NCBI RefSeq assembly: GCF_002113885.1
Contig: NW_018480074.1
Location: 1-64,000, forward strand
Reading direction: 5' to 3'
Source: Mizuhopecten yessoensis
Taxonomy: Eukaryota
DNA: 64,000 bases
Shown here piece by piece: positions 37,562-51,989 of this stretch. The first letter of the stretch is position 1, and each line of letters starts with the position of its first letter. The notes beneath the pieces are model-generated. The model searched no databases, was not told the origin of the DNA, and worked only from the letters and a program-made list of their open reading frames with translations. Both the position numbers and the translations under genes were made by a program.

Positions 37562-38779
37562 TATTGCAGTTGGTTTACGTCCAACGTCGAGCTGTAGAAT
37601 ACCTGCACTATAGACAGTGGTGCCAAAGATAACAGTATTGAGCTCAAGAGGTCATATGTCAACGACTTACTATTAAACGTCATCTATATAACAGCGTATT
37701 TGATTGGATTATATTGATCACATGACTGATCTTGTGCGTGAACAGCTATATCTATACATCCATATATAGATGGCGGTTTTCTGTCGCGTTTGGGATGTTA
37801 TTTTCACACCAAAATAACATATCTAGCGTCACGTATGCCCTAACTAGAGCTCTCTGCGATATAACAACGCAATCACATGGCATATAACTCGGAATGAAAA
37901 TGTCATTGATGTACGTAATTGTTTGTAGATGGTCGTACCATTCAATTGTGATGTTCGTACCCTATCGATAATGCATGATTCCAGATTTAAGTTATCATAT
38001 TTAGATGGAATGGTAATTAATGCTTTATTTCGTGCAATATCTATTAGTTAGAAATCACTAAAATCTGAACTGTCAGAAGGAAGTAAGCTGCAATGGAAAT
38101 GTCAGTCATGGACAAGAGGATGTTAATGGACTGTACAAAAAAAATCTTCAATTTCCTTCTTTCACTTCCAAAACCATTTTTGTCAGATAGCTATCGGTTT
38201 AAAACATAGATTTTTACTTAATATAAACAATACATCTATTGGCTTATCGTAAATTACATCACACTTAATGGATTACCCAGCTAAAACTGACCATAATGTT
38301 GGTCTTAAAATTCTGATCGGTAGCCTATAGTACCGATCAGAATTTCGAAGGCTGTGATTTTGGTTAGTTTTAGCGGACAAGTAATGGAATCTAATAGAAG
38401 TTATCAATCTCTTATTTAAGTTGCGCTTGATCGTCGAAAATCTTCAAAACGTCAAAAAGAGTATGTAAGTTCCTATGAAAGGTGTTGAAAGGAAAAGTAC
38501 AGTCAATGTATCATCTAGCCTACTTATAACGCAAACAAATTCCGGAAAAATAGTGGCAGTATAACAAGTTTTAACAATTTTACTTTATATTTTCTGGGCA
38601 TCTCGGCGGTCATGCACATTTATAGTTATCTACCATACCCGAAATTCTTAAATGCGTAAGTTATAAACGAATATATACTAATATGATGTGCTTAGCCTAA
38701 CGGTGTCAAACAAGAAATGAAACATTATTAAAAAATACAGACATATAAATGACCGACGATTCCCTAAATTTCACAGTGT

Positions 38780-39290
38780 CACAAGATAGCTGGCTCAGTG
38801 TGGCGAAACAGTCCTGATAGTCAGAAAAAACCCACCATAAGTTAAGATAGTCCGAAAGTAAATAAGTCCGGCCGATATTCAGAAGGCCCCATAGTTCAAA
38901 GACTTAGTTGACCGAAAACTCGGTCTGAGAGTCTAAAGAGTCCATCTTCAAAATATAAAAACTTAAACATGAAAACACAATCAATATCAAAACCTAACAC
39001 GAAATCATTACTGACACGAAAACCTAAACAACATTGATTTTAATTGTTTATGTTTCCATTTTGTTGTTTTGATATTGGTTATGTTTATGTTTTCGTTATG
39101 TATGTATCTCAAACTATCGGCGGGCGCCGGATCTTTTCGGGTTTTTATTTCGGACTATCGTACTTTTTGGCTGTTAGATCATTGGGCCTGTGGAGTATGG
39201 CATAGACTGTTTTCCCTTTTGACAACCGGATCTTCGGAATACCGGGCCTTTTAATTCGAACTACGGGGTCTTCAGATTATTATACCTTAC
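38780..39290. repeat. Element with inverted arrays of short (at)agtccgaa motifs; partial copy at ~35355-35465
   Basis: ctgatagtcagaaaaaa..caccat...agatagt.cgaaagtaaat shared by both sites; reverse motifs ttcggactat at 39110-39290. Confidence 0.5.
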
Positions 39291-40982
39291 TGTTTCGACC
39301 AACTACACATTTTGGTTGTGATATCCTTGAAACCCCAGTGTTCAGCTCTCGATGCGCTAATATGTCATGACAAAATCGAAAGGTCTTTACGCGAGTCTTT
39401 GTGGATGATAAAAGGGGACTACTCTGGAATCTTTGATAAAGACCGGCAGCGTAACGGTAAAATTACCAGGCCTCATAGTTGAAGTAGTAATGTTCAAAGG
39501 ACATGTATCAGCCTATACCTGAAACCTGGCAAATAACTTACAATGAACCTTCATCCGTTATAAAGGTCACAGGGGTCAAAAGTGTATACACATTTGACTC
39601 ATGTGACCTTTATAATGGGTGAATGTCATTAAATAACAAAACCTGGTACTCCTTCATCCCAAAATGCTACTGGCCAAATGAAGAAGCTATCCTTTAAAGA
39701 TTTTAAACACATTTTGTCCCTGTGACCTTGAAAGTGGATCCTGGTCATTCACTTGAACACAATTGATAGTTCTTTGTCTAAGTATGCTACTGGCCAAATA
39801 TCACCACCTCGACTGGCTACCAGCCCCTCAGTTTTTATGGAGAATTTCTCGGCTGCATTTTACTACTAGCTTATCTCCCCCTAGTTTAGAACTTAGAATC
39901 AGGCATCCAAGTGATCAACATTTTTTTAGTTAAACTTTTTTCTTAATAATTCAATATTCTAGAGACGGGGGCCAGTCTAATCACCACCCTATCTTCGAAA
40001 CTCCAGGTGTTACGCTCGCTTACGTTCTCTGGAATTTGTCGTGACAAAGCTGTTTGATTGATTTCAGGTAAAAAAAAATCAATCGCTAGACTGATACCGG
40101 TCTTTTAAATAGTACAGAAGAGCGACACTAAAGCCATTCAATTTTACCGGTACACCACCGCACAATTATTGTGATGTACATCAAAGGATTAAACTCGTCT
40201 ACTTGTATCATCCGTAATGAGCTGCGTACAGAGTCTTCGAATTCACTGTATTCCAGGAATGCAAGAAGTGTGTGGAGATATATTACAAAAACATAATGAT
40301 AAATTATAGGCATACATGTTGTAAGTAACACTCTTATAGTTAATATTTACACAAGTGTATTCCTGCAATGACATGCATGCTGTTTCTTTACTTCATTTAC
40401 TCAAATATTTGCAATCATCCATATATCAATATGTGTCGTTTGCAAAGACAGAGATAAAGAAAGAAGAACAAACTGCAAAGAAAACAGATTGAAGAAAGAT
40501 AGAGAACATGAGTATTTTCTGAGATATAGTATGCAATTTACAAGCAAAGGATCACTCAATTGTATCAGAAAAAAACCCCTATTTCTTCGTTTACTTTGAA
40601 ATCTTAACGTTTAAGCAGAGACGTTTATATTAATATATACGTCTCTGGTTTAAGTAATATCTGTTGATCTAAGTTAATTGCTGAACTGATATATATAATT
40701 CCACTGTTCCAATAACTATGTACTTTGAAATAGCAAGAATGTCACCTATTTTATACGGTTATTGTAAAAGGCGGAATTTCTTCGAAGTCGTTCCGTCATT
40801 TGGTTTTTATGTTACAATTATCAAGCACTCTTGTGACGATGTTATTCCAATTACAAGCGCCTGAGCGCATCGATTCCCACATGTGTGAAGAGCCCGTCGG
40901 GCTAATGTTTATAATTGTTGTTATTCTTTAATCTTTCAATTTTATGTTCAAACTCTAAATCATCAAAGCTGAAATAGGAAAT

Positions 40983-43900
40983 ATGGGCAAACGTAAATTC
41001 AAGAAAAGTGTGGAAGGATCTCTGGGTAATTTGAAAACAAGCAGACGACTTTCACTGTCTGCAGTAGCCTGAGTTCTCTCTTGCACCACACACCAGACAT
41101 TTACCAATCTATCTGTCAAAATGTCTATGTCTGGAGTCAGGGCCGGAGAAAGTCGGGCTATGTCTTAAGCTGTTCAGTATCAGTAGGCTGGTACCAGTCA
41201 CCTGTTCACTGACTCTTTATAGTTACAATGTATGGCTGATATTTTACTGTTCAAAGGATGCATATTGAACTGTACAGTTTGTTGGCAAAATGTAATCAAG
41301 TCACAGCCTAAATATAACTGGTGGATCACAGGGGTTCGCTACAAATGTCTGTAATACACATATGCTATACTGATATGGTTCACAGCACACAAACATTTTA
41401 TGTGTGCTGTGACCCATAACAGTATAGCATGTGTATTTCAGACATTTGTAACGAACCACTGTCGGTGGATGTTAAAAGTACTAGTACATGTAGTGTATCT
41501 CGGACCAGTGTCATAAGACAGGTCATACTTTTAATTAACATCAATGAATTGTCTGACACACAGGGAATTGAGAATTTGTTAGAGCTATAGTTGGACCTAA
41601 ACTAAGGTGTTCCGGGTAATTGTACAAGTTTTAGGTGTTTAGATCATCTTTCAGTAAAAATGCCATCCCAATCATGATATTATACAGGGGGAAAGCTCTT
41701 GATGTAAGAAAAACATTTCTAGTTGAATCCTGTGGTTTGATTGGCTAAAAGTGAAGCCATTCTTTTGTCTAAAATAACATGCCAATCAACCCCACATGTT
41801 TCGGCATGTGACTGACGTCAGTCTCATGAATATGGAAAAAGTTGGTCTAAGACTGCAAAAATTTTGAAGTTCGGAAATGGTGTGTGTTTTTGAAGGAAAA
41901 GGAGACCATGCCTGTGAAAGGAGAATAAATTTTACGTTCATATAGGAGGTTTTTAAAATACAAATTGTCCATCTTTCGTACTTTGTACTAAGCATTTCAA
42001 TGTATATCATTCAATGTCATCCAATAATGAATATATTAAAATTTAAGATGTAATGTCCAGTTCTACTCTTCTTCAGAAATTTATAAATTCCTATCAGTGT
42101 TAGTTTCCCTTAGACACACCATATTGTACTGTGTTTTGAATATGAAATTGAAAAATTATTTGATTAAATTGCCAGTTAAAACGAACAAGAAAAAATCTGA
42201 ATTCAGTAGCTTTGACAAATCATTGTGTATCTGGTGTATGTTTGTATTGTTAAATATGTTAGAGAAAAAAGTGTCTGACTGTACCAGGAAAGTTATTGAA
42301 TATGCTCTTGTTTTCATTCTAGTGGAAAGGAGGAGACGGATACAACAAGCAAAGAGGGAAGTGGCTCTTGAATCGAAAGGCAAATCCCCAAAATACAGTG
42401 TTGAGCAGCTTTTGGAGAAGGTAGATTGTTGCTATAGAATGACATTTATCACTGGCTACTGGTAACTCAAATTGAGTTATATGAGAAGTAAATGAACTTT
42501 TTACATCAGAGATTAACTCATGAAAATTTTAAAGTAGTTTACTAAACCTTTATGTAAGTTTTGATAGCTGCTATCTAGTGTGGATTGGATACTGTAATGC
42601 TTGTTTTAATGTTAGTCTATAAATTTCAGGAATAAAATGTGCCTCTGCTCTTTCTTGGTGCAACATACAATACAGAGATCAGAACTGGTTTAAATAAAGA
42701 ATGATGTGATTAATTCAGCAGGGTTTTGACACATTCAAAGGAATAATTTAGGACCTAAATATTTAGTTGCAAATATAATGTAACATGGCATGAAATGGTG
42801 AACAAATAGAGTAAAGGGAGACAATTTGCTCTTTACTGCTGAGAAACACTAGGGCCGTTTTCGTTTAAATGGTTCAACTGGTGGGACCACAGTTGTTGGT
42901 TTATTAAATAATGTCGGACATAGTAATCTGATGGCACTTTCAGGCGAGCCTTGACAAAGCCTTGCAAGGCCTGCATAAACATTTGCAGGTCAGCCAGGAT
43001 TAATACCGAAATTATTACATTTAAACAAACCAATTGTTCCGCATAAACGAACAGGTCCTTTTGCTATATGTCAGTGACGAAACAGACATTTGTTCATGAT
43101 TCTGTTAGAGGGGATTTAGGCTGAACATGTGAGGATCGAAAAAGTCTCTGACATAATATGTTTTCTCATCGCTAGATAACGTTGTGGCTATCACTGATAC
43201 GTTCTTTATATACATACATTATGTAGAGCGTAATGAGTCCATTTCTATGGGACATCAGATATTATCCAACAAGTTTTATCCAGAGTTAAAGGGAAGTTAC
43301 CATTGAAATTACTTCTTTGACCCATAACTCATGGCTATCGGATGATATACCTTAAATTTTCATCTGTCCATACTGATTATCATTGGTTGAATAGTAATCA
43401 AGTCCATTTTTTTATACAGTCGTGTTTATGATATACATGATCATGTGTACATCCAGTTGAAATATTCACAAGCTAATGATAATAAGTCATTAGTGCTATG
43501 TTTTCCATACACAGGCAGAAGATTGTATAGACAGATTTGAATATGAACTTGCCCAGAAATTCTGTCAGAGGGCTTTGGAGATGGAGCCTGATAGCATTCT
43601 GGCTCTGGAAACAACTGGATCCCTTCTCTTAGAGCTTGGAAATCAGGAGGCAGCCAAACAGGTATGGATACTGACAGATGTGGAACTGAATATTTGTGTG
43701 ACAAGCTTCTGGTTTCTCCACAATTCCACAGTAGATTTTAATCAGTTTGTCACTTGCAGATTACTTTTTCTGTATTTCAGTACATGTTTGGTCTAATTAA
43801 AGTCAGACCATTATTGACAACATAATTTGCAATGCTCTTAATATGTAGAGCATTATATTAATTTGGATTACATGTATTCTTAATATGTAATTAAAGTTAC

Positions 43901-46900
43901 TTAGGATACTCTTTAGTTTTGATACATGGAGTATTGTAGTAAAGTAGGATACTCTGAATATGTAGAGTATAATAGTGAATGAGGATATTTGTAATACATA
44001 GAGTATTTCAGTAAATTGAAATAAAGGTATTCTAAATATAGAGAGTATTATACAGTGCCGTCAACTCTGTGTAAACCAGACTGTTTTGTCTAAGCAAGCC
44101 AAACTACTCTGTCCTGGCTCTAAATTCTTCTTTAACTATGATACTTCAGTAATATTGTCCAAGTGGCATTCAGTTTAGACCGAGTCCACTGTAGAAATAA
44201 GGATATGACCTTATTGGATTGACATGTACATAATTTTTTATGCATTCCCTTTATGTAGAAAAAACAGAGAAACAATACTTCCTTTTGTTTGAATTTCAGT
44301 ACGAGGTACATATTCTGCCTTTTGCTGCTTGCAATACCAGGTTATTTCCCTTGATGTGTTATTCTATCTAGATCTGTTGGTTTTGAAGAATTCCAGCTTA
44401 TTAATAATGGTAATTTTTGTTCTTAAGCTTTATTTTTGTTTCATTCCACTACCCTTGCAGTGTTTTGGCCGAGCTGTGGAGGTCTGTCCAAACCAAGGCC
44501 ACTCCAAGTACATGTACCTGGGGCAGTTGTTTGAAGGTGCTCAGGCTGTTCAATGCTTTCAGAAGGGGATAGAATTGATGATGAAGGAACATGAAGCAAA
44601 GCAAGCATCAGAGGTATGCAGTGGAAAAGATATCTTCTCATATTCATTAGTTTTTGTATTCATTTAAAGTTGGAATTATTCAGTAGATAAGATTTAGAAC
44701 GCTATAAATAAAATAGAAAATTGTATTTGGAGAATAAAGACCTCTTGTGATTTCCTGCAAACAAGATATTAACGCAAAAACATCTGTATTTTAAAAGAAA
44801 GCCATTTCTCATATATCAGTGATGTCCAATCTTTGTTGAAATTTATTTTACTAAAGTGTAATTGGATGTTAATAGTTGGCAGCCGCCTGCGGGGGTGGAC
44901 CACGAGAGGGGGTCTCCTGTGAGGAGATCTGCAATGCTTACCTGTCCCTGGCTGAACTCTACATGACAGACTGTTGGTAAGTGTTCACATATTGTCACAG
45001 GGGAGCAAAATTCACATCAGCCCAGTCAGAACTATACTGGACCTGTATTCATGAAACAGTTCTCATGCTCAGGCGCGGATTCTGCGCACAAACCAACTTT
45101 CTTGTAATACACTTACATCATGTGACACGATCAAAAGGTCAGGTGTAAATACTCAAAATGGTGTCTGGCCGTAAGTCTTGGTAAAGTTCTTGCAAAATTG
45201 ACAGGTGATTTTTTTATTAATTTATCATAGTAACATTAAATGGGGCTTGAGCACAAAATCTGAGTTTGAGCGTGAGAACGGTTTGATGACTGGTCCCTGG
45301 TGTTGTGATGGTAAACTTTTAAATGTGGGTGCCGATGGAAGACACCGCATCAGGTGGTCTAGTATTGCCATGAAAAAATAAAAAAAATATGACAACACCA
45401 TTATTTATTATTGAAAGAAAGTTTAGTTCCCTGCTTAGCTCGCCGTCATCTCCAAAGACTTGCTCTTTTTATCATTGAAACTTTTGATTGTTTCTTAACT
45501 TTTCATATTTAAAATTGTAGTATGGAGGAGGATGCAGACAAGAAATGTGAACATAACATAAATCAAGCACTGGCGATAGACGGTGATAATGCTGAGGCCT
45601 ATCAGATGATGGCCAGCTATCACCTCTCTAAAGAAAATGAGGAAGTAGGTATTCTTAATATCCACCACAGTATGTTTAGTTCTCTTGAGAGAGTGACGTG
45701 GGTTTTTCGTTTCATTACATACTCCCTTATCATTGTGCAGTTGCTAATTTGCGATGAGCAGGAGAGGGAGTATACTTCATATATTGAACTGTAAATAGAA
45801 TGTGAAGATTTCATTTTCTCTTATGTTTCTATAGAAATCAACATTCATATTATCCAAGTCTGTTATTTTTGTTAACATTTATCAGAGATTTCATCTCTTA
45901 GAATTGGTATTTATGGAGGAAGTAAACAAAACCTTACTGGTTTTTAGGTCACCTGAGCTTTGCTCAAGTGACTTCTTTTGATCACTTTCCGTCCGGCGTC
46001 GTCCGTTGTCCATAAACTTTTTACATTTTCGATTTCTTCTCAAGAATCAGAGCATGGAATTTTTTCAAACTTGGTCAGAATAATCCTTGTTAGATGAGGC
46101 TACAATATTGTAAAATTGGGATTCCTACCCCACGTCCTGGGGACCAAAAGGGAAAATTAACCAATATTTCAAAAATCTTCTTCTTAAGACTCGGAGGTAC
46201 TACAGTCATTTTCTCTGCATGAATGGAAAGATCATGTAAATTTCAGGACCCCCAGGCCATCCCTTCTCCCTTGGGGAGGGAGTCAAGTTTACTATAGGGA
46301 ATGGCTTTATTGAAATTGTCAATTTCAGGACCCCCCATCCATCCGTTCTCCCTTGGGGAGGGGGTTTAGTTTGCTATAGTTTATATAGGGAAATTTTTGG
46401 GTATATTTTATCCATTTTCAGCAGAAAATGATTCAAACTTGGTCAGAATGGTCTTTGGTGGATGAGGGTATCACATTGTAAAATTGGGATTCCTGCCCCA
46501 TCCCCAGGGGCTAGGGCGGGGCCCCAAAGGGAAAATTTACCAATATTTTAAAATTCTTATCCTTTGATGACATTACAATTATTGAATTTAACATAGTTTA
46601 CATGCTGATTTCCACATCACATCTCGACAATGAAATTGAGCTGCCAGTACCTGTGATATAACTCAGGTGACCGCTTGGGCCTCTTGTTATATAATCTTTT
46701 AAAAAACTTATCATTGCTGAAGTCTGAATATTGCAATGTTTTAGATGGCTACGGAGATGATAAAGAAAAGTGTATCGTTATGGTTACCAAAGTACAAAGC
46801 AGCTGATAAAGGGGAAGTGCCAGACGAGGAGTTTAACCCACTAGAGGTAATCATTGATACTGTATATTACTTCACTTTGGATGTAAGAAGAAACTTTGTT

Positions 46901-49900
46901 TTGAATTAACACAATTGTTATACAACATCGCTGTTGTAGCAAATCCTGGGGGAATATTAAGAGAACATGTTGGTATTGCAAAGTTTGTTGTTGAATTGAT
47001 TGTACACAGGCAAATTCAGTTGTTCTCAATAATATTAATTGTGAAAAAAAGAAATCACCTTGAAAAGTAATTTGGAAATTGTATTTAGGATTTTTTATAA
47101 ATATTTTGTCATTCAATTGAAGGGAGATAACTGTGAATATCCAACTCGGTTATGATGTATTTATTACAACACATTATTTATCAGGGTGGAAACAATAGAA
47201 CAGGTTGTTAGCTGAACTCACACATTTTCACAGCTTATTGGCATCTGTTGTAATATTAAACAAGGGTCAAACTTTGGGCTTTCAAAACATTGTGAAGTTT
47301 GTGATTTTGCAGGTTTTTGTGAGGGGTTAAATTGATCCCGAGGTGGGAGATGTACCAAATTGGGGTTTTGGCTAATTTTGATGGATTTTCCGTCACTATC
47401 CAGCACAATCAGGTGATTGACACCTACCTATACATTAATTATGTTTTCTATGTGGTGCCTTGGGACTTTTAGGACAACCGTTTCTTTTCCAGTTGACACC
47501 ACTAAGTTATGATACCAGGATAGCAGCAGCCAAAATTTTAACTGAAGTAAAAGAATACGAGGTTGGTAATATGTATTTCCTTCTTCATTCTCATAGGAAC
47601 ATGTTCATGCACACTTAAATGATACTGAAAAGTCCCAATTTAGATCGTATATTCATGTTCTGAAAGGTAATTCTTTATTCATTTATCAAAAATTCATTTG
47701 TTTTTATTACAAAATTGTCATCTTAAAGTAAGTACTACTCTTGCATGACTCAATCGAATTCCCCATCCACCTCCAAAAATGGTTTCTACATGAAATATAC
47801 CTAGTACTTATTTCTATTTAATTAAATGACATTTGTTTATGTTTAAATGAAAAGTTTTTAACTCGGCAAGACTAATATAGATGATCTTGGTTAAAAACAA
47901 CAGAGCTTCGTACCGATGCTAAGATTACTTTTTTAAGCTGAATTCAGATGTAAAGATTAGTTTTGGTTTGCTTCTAGAAGATGTTAAGATTAACTTTTAC
48001 AAACTTAGTTATCAAGACATTCAGATTAATTTGAGGATATTTGAATCGAGCAGTTTCCTGTCAAAATAGACAATGATTTGTTCACACTGAATCTATCACC
48101 TAGACTGCTGTGGATGTGCTGGAAGGTTTACTGGACGAGAATGATGAGGTTCCACAGGTCTGGTATATGATCGGCTGGGCCAACTACTTACAGGGCCCTG
48201 ACTACAAAGAGAATGCCCGATACTACCTACAGCAAGCCAAACAGGTAGGTTCTGTCAAATCTTCATTAGTCACTGTGAACTTAACTACAGCAGGAAAAAC
48301 AGGTAGGTGTTGACAAATCTTCATTAGTCACTGTGAACTTAACTACAGCAGGAAAAACAGGTAGGTCTTGACAAATCGTCATTAGCCACTGTGAACTACA
48401 GCAGGACAAACAGCTAGGTTTTGACCAATCAACATTGGTCACTGTGAACTACAGCAGGACAAACAGGTAGGTTTTGAAAATCAACATTAGTCACTGTGAA
48501 CTTAAATACAGTAGGAAAAACAGGTATGTTTTGACAAATCGACATTAGTCACTGTGAACTACAGCATGACAAACAGGTAGGTTTTGAAAATCAACATTAG
48601 TCACTGTGAACTTAAATACAGCAGAAAAAACAGGTAGGTTTTGACAAATCGACATTAGTCACTGAACTACAGCAGGACAAACAGGTAGGTTTTGAAAATC
48701 AACATTAGTCACTGTGAACTTAAATACAGCAGGAAAAACAGGTATGTTTTGACAAATCGACATTAGTCACTGAACTACAGCAGGACAAACAGGTAGGTTT
48801 TGACAAATCGACATTAGTCACTGTGAACATTACTATGCAGTAACAATCAGTTCAGCTGCAAAATGAGATTTTCTGATATTTAACATGTTGTTCAATAACG
48901 CTTGGTGTATAATTAATATACAATCCTCCGATTCCAGTTGATGATTCTGATGTATAAAGAAGTAACAGCACAAATCTAGAAAAAAAGAAAAGTTTATTTT
49001 GTAACTGAAGGTTGCATTATGCATCTGTGAAGTACATTACCTTTGTGTAATCTCGCATGGCTACGTCTTTTACAGGTGTATGACAAGATTAAATGTGATG
49101 ATCCGGATCTTTTGAAACACGTGGAAGAACTAACAGAGGAGATTGGCCCAGGTATGTAGTCTACTATCTAGTTCTGAAAGTTAAATAGATATATTAAGTC
49201 CAATTTATGAAGATTCAATTTAAATGAAGATATTAACTTGACTACGAAATTTCAGAGCGCTTGAAATTTAGATACAAATATGTTGTAACTGATTTTGGAA
49301 AATAAACCTTTGGTCTATTAAAGTCTAGTTTTCCTGAAGTTACTGGATATGTCCAGTCTTTCCCAAAATGATCTTTTCTGACCCCCTTCATTCATGTTGT
49401 GGGCTAGTGACACAGTATTGAAAATCCTTGATTGCATAATTTATTAAAATTTCATGTTTTTCTCAACCTCTGGCATAAAACCAGAATTAGGGGATAACCC
49501 TACTGTATTTTGAAATTTGCTGCGGTATATCATGATTATACTGTCGCAAATTGAGTTTTACTGGCGACGAGGAGCGGAGCCAGTAAAACTGATTGACGTC
49601 TTTGAAAAGTTCCTTGTGGTAGAAGTGTTACCTTGTTACCAATGCCTTTCATAGCTGCAGAAATGTTGCCTTGTTTTATACACAAGTCAGACCTCTATGG
49701 TTGTTGTAGAAAAGTTGTGTGTCAACTTTCAAAACTAGTAAGTGTAGTATGTGTTTTCAATGACTAGTTCAGTATGTACCCTGTCAACTTCGTAAGACAA
49801 ATTACAAATCTAATTTTATGTACCCAAAAGTGCAAAATATATACCAGTTGGCAATATATAATCAAAGTCAGTCTGCATATGCCGTAAGCATATGACCACT

Positions 49901-50765
49901 TAGTTGTTATACATGTATGAAATGTCGAATCAAATTAACAATTCTATTCGGCTATGCAACGATACATTAACATGACAATATGATATGTATCACGATTCAT
50001 GTAGACATATAACGTTACATGTAGTAACAGTAGAAGCAAAGAGAAAATATATGTTGCAAATTTTTAATGGCAATATTACAACAGGAAATAGACTTGGTCC
50101 AAAATTGTCTTGACTTTAAAGTTTCACACAATGCCGACCTTGGTGTCACTTACCATGTGGACACAGATATGAGTAGACTTAATTCAGAAATGACAGAATC
50201 CGGAAAATATTGCAGCTGTATTGCGCCCTGCCTAAAAGTATCGTGTATCATACTTTATTCAAAACATCGTGATATATCGTCGTACGACATATTGTTTCAG
50301 CCCTATTTAATACCTGGTCATAGATGTGCGAGAGTCTTTGAGCCTCTCATAAGTATAACAGCTAAGTGTACATGTTGCTAACTCGTACATACTTTATACC
50401 TCTGTGTACATACGCTTCACTGGTCATTTGTCTGATGAAAGTTGCAGGGTACGTACCATACTAGTCACTGAATCGAAAACGTCATGAACACTTACTGGTT
50501 GTAATACATAACCTGTCTACAATTCATAGTTACTTACCTCTTTGGTTTAGCAAAATATCTGTGTCCCGATTATGTTAAGTGTAACCATTACATACCTCTA
50601 TAGCTAAAGAGTATAATTGTTGCCTTCCCTCACCATACCAGTATCTGTATTGTAGGGGAGGAGGAGGGCGAGGAGGAGGGTGCTGAAGAGGATGTGAATG
50701 AACTAGATAGTGACAGTGATGATGAAACAGACAATAAAACAAACGGTGAAGCAATGGAACACTGA
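40983..50765 (+). CDS. TPR protein, probable assembly chaperone of ribosomal protein L4 (Acl4-like), 387 aa, 11 exons
   Basis: Exons 40983-41025, 42323-42420, 43515-43661, 44461-44613, 44876-44976, 45521-45644, 46745-46846, 47493-47561, 48104-48244, 49076-49151 and 50656-50765 splice in frame. Motifs GHSKYMYLGQL, SLAELYMTDCCMEEDA..KC, AYQMMAS, SLWLP, YDTRI..AK.L.EV, LLDENDEV.QVWY..GW; acidic tail; AATAAA at ~50780. Confidence 0.9.
41327..41463. mobile_element. ~137-bp hairpin MITE in intron 1 of the Acl4-like gene
   Basis: Near-perfect palindrome (ggttcgctacaaatgtctg...cagacatttgtaacgaacc) flanked by ggtggat direct repeats. Confidence 0.75.
42852..43058. mobile_element. MITE family A copy
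   Basis: Imperfect TIR gggccgttttcgtttaa / ataaacgaacaggtcc; core shared with the 10864 copy. Confidence 0.7.
45040..45296. mobile_element. MITE family B copy
   Basis: gacctgtattcatgaaacagtt(t)ctcatgctcagg...tgagcgtgagaacggtttgatga; CTG on both flanks. Confidence 0.75.
45941..46688 (+). mobile_element. Helentron-associated element (HINE/pearl-like)
   Basis: T-rich start, subTIR ggtcacctgag / ctcaggtgacc, (gtcc)n-like tract, duplicated internal blocks (ttcaaacttggtcagaat at ~46064 and ~46433), 3' end gggcctcttgtt. Confidence 0.85.
48230..48828. repeat. ~52-58 bp minisatellite seeded on the Acl4-like exon 9 end and donor, ~11 copies
   Basis: Unit ctacagcagga.aaacag|gtaggttttgacaaatc..cattagtcactgtgaa(cttaa). 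Confidence 0.9.
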
Positions 50766-51989
50766 TGTCATTCATAATCAATAAATATTTACTGTTATAA
50801 GCTGGTTCCCTTCAGTTCCTTTGTCTACTTAAAGACGACAGAAATACCCGCCACACACAATAGATGGAATGTACACCTATGTGTCCTCAACGCATGTCAT
50901 CTTGAAGAACAAGGCAAGAGAAGTTTTGCTACTTTCAATGTCATGGTTGACCAATGATCTGGAAGGGTTGCTTTAAATGTGATATTATTTATTACAAAGG
51001 CTGCCAAGTTTTTCATACTCACATTCACTGCGTTATTATTAGGTTGAGATTCTTTGCATGCTGCTTGTAGAGTTATGAGATGTGGTTTCAGCATTAATGG
51101 ATTTGGTTCAATTTCTGTCCAAGGACTGTATACCTACCACAACCCACAGTTGGTCCTTCGTTCACATCAATACATCGTCTTCAAATAAACTTTTTTGTTT
51201 GAAAGGTTGTTATGACCATTCCTATTGACTTGCTACGGAGATAATGAGTTTGTCATGTTCCAGGACGGTCTCCACTTTGAACTCTCATGTCAACATAACA
51301 AGAGGAATTACTACAATAAGCATTACATGTATATGGTTTAATTCATCAGAAAATAATCCCCATCCATGATAGGTTCTGTTTTCAAAAAATCAGAATGCAA
51401 AATATATTAATCGGTACGTTTATTGTTAAGTATACAACTCTTTCTGCAAGCAATCGTAGATATACACATTTAGGAATGTAAGGTGATAAAGGATAGCCAC
51501 TTTGATGTTAGTTGCTGACAAGTTTACCAAAAGCTAAAAACTGTGGCTGTAGGATAATTTCAAATTTTCAAGAGGCCATGAATAGAGCTGTATGGTCAAT
51601 TCATATTGCTATATATTTTTATACCACTGGGTCGATTATCATTATTCATCTTCCTTTGAAATGGCAATAAAATTGATCCATGAAAACTTACAAAGATAGA
51701 AGAATTGATTGACACGCCCGCCGAACTTGACCAGATTGTCAGTCATGTCTGTTTAGTTCTATTTGAGGGGGAATATGAAATATGATATACACGGAGTGTT
51801 TAAATTGCCTTACATCCATATTATCAAAGCCTACTAAATAATAGATATACTGATACTGGTATTTCACAGGAAAAAAGGTTTGTAACAATAGCAGCTACAG
51901 TTGTATCTGTTGCTTGGTAGCCACCTGGTCCGGGTTTTTTCTCTCTTACACAATTTCTGTTTTTAGCTGAACATAAATGTAATAAGTGG

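Noticed and set aside
38308-38346. Short perfect hairpins (also ~34310, ~40617, ~49553, ~58246) as terminators or miRNA precursors
   Set aside because: Eukaryotic context; too short and more simply explained as MITE remnants.
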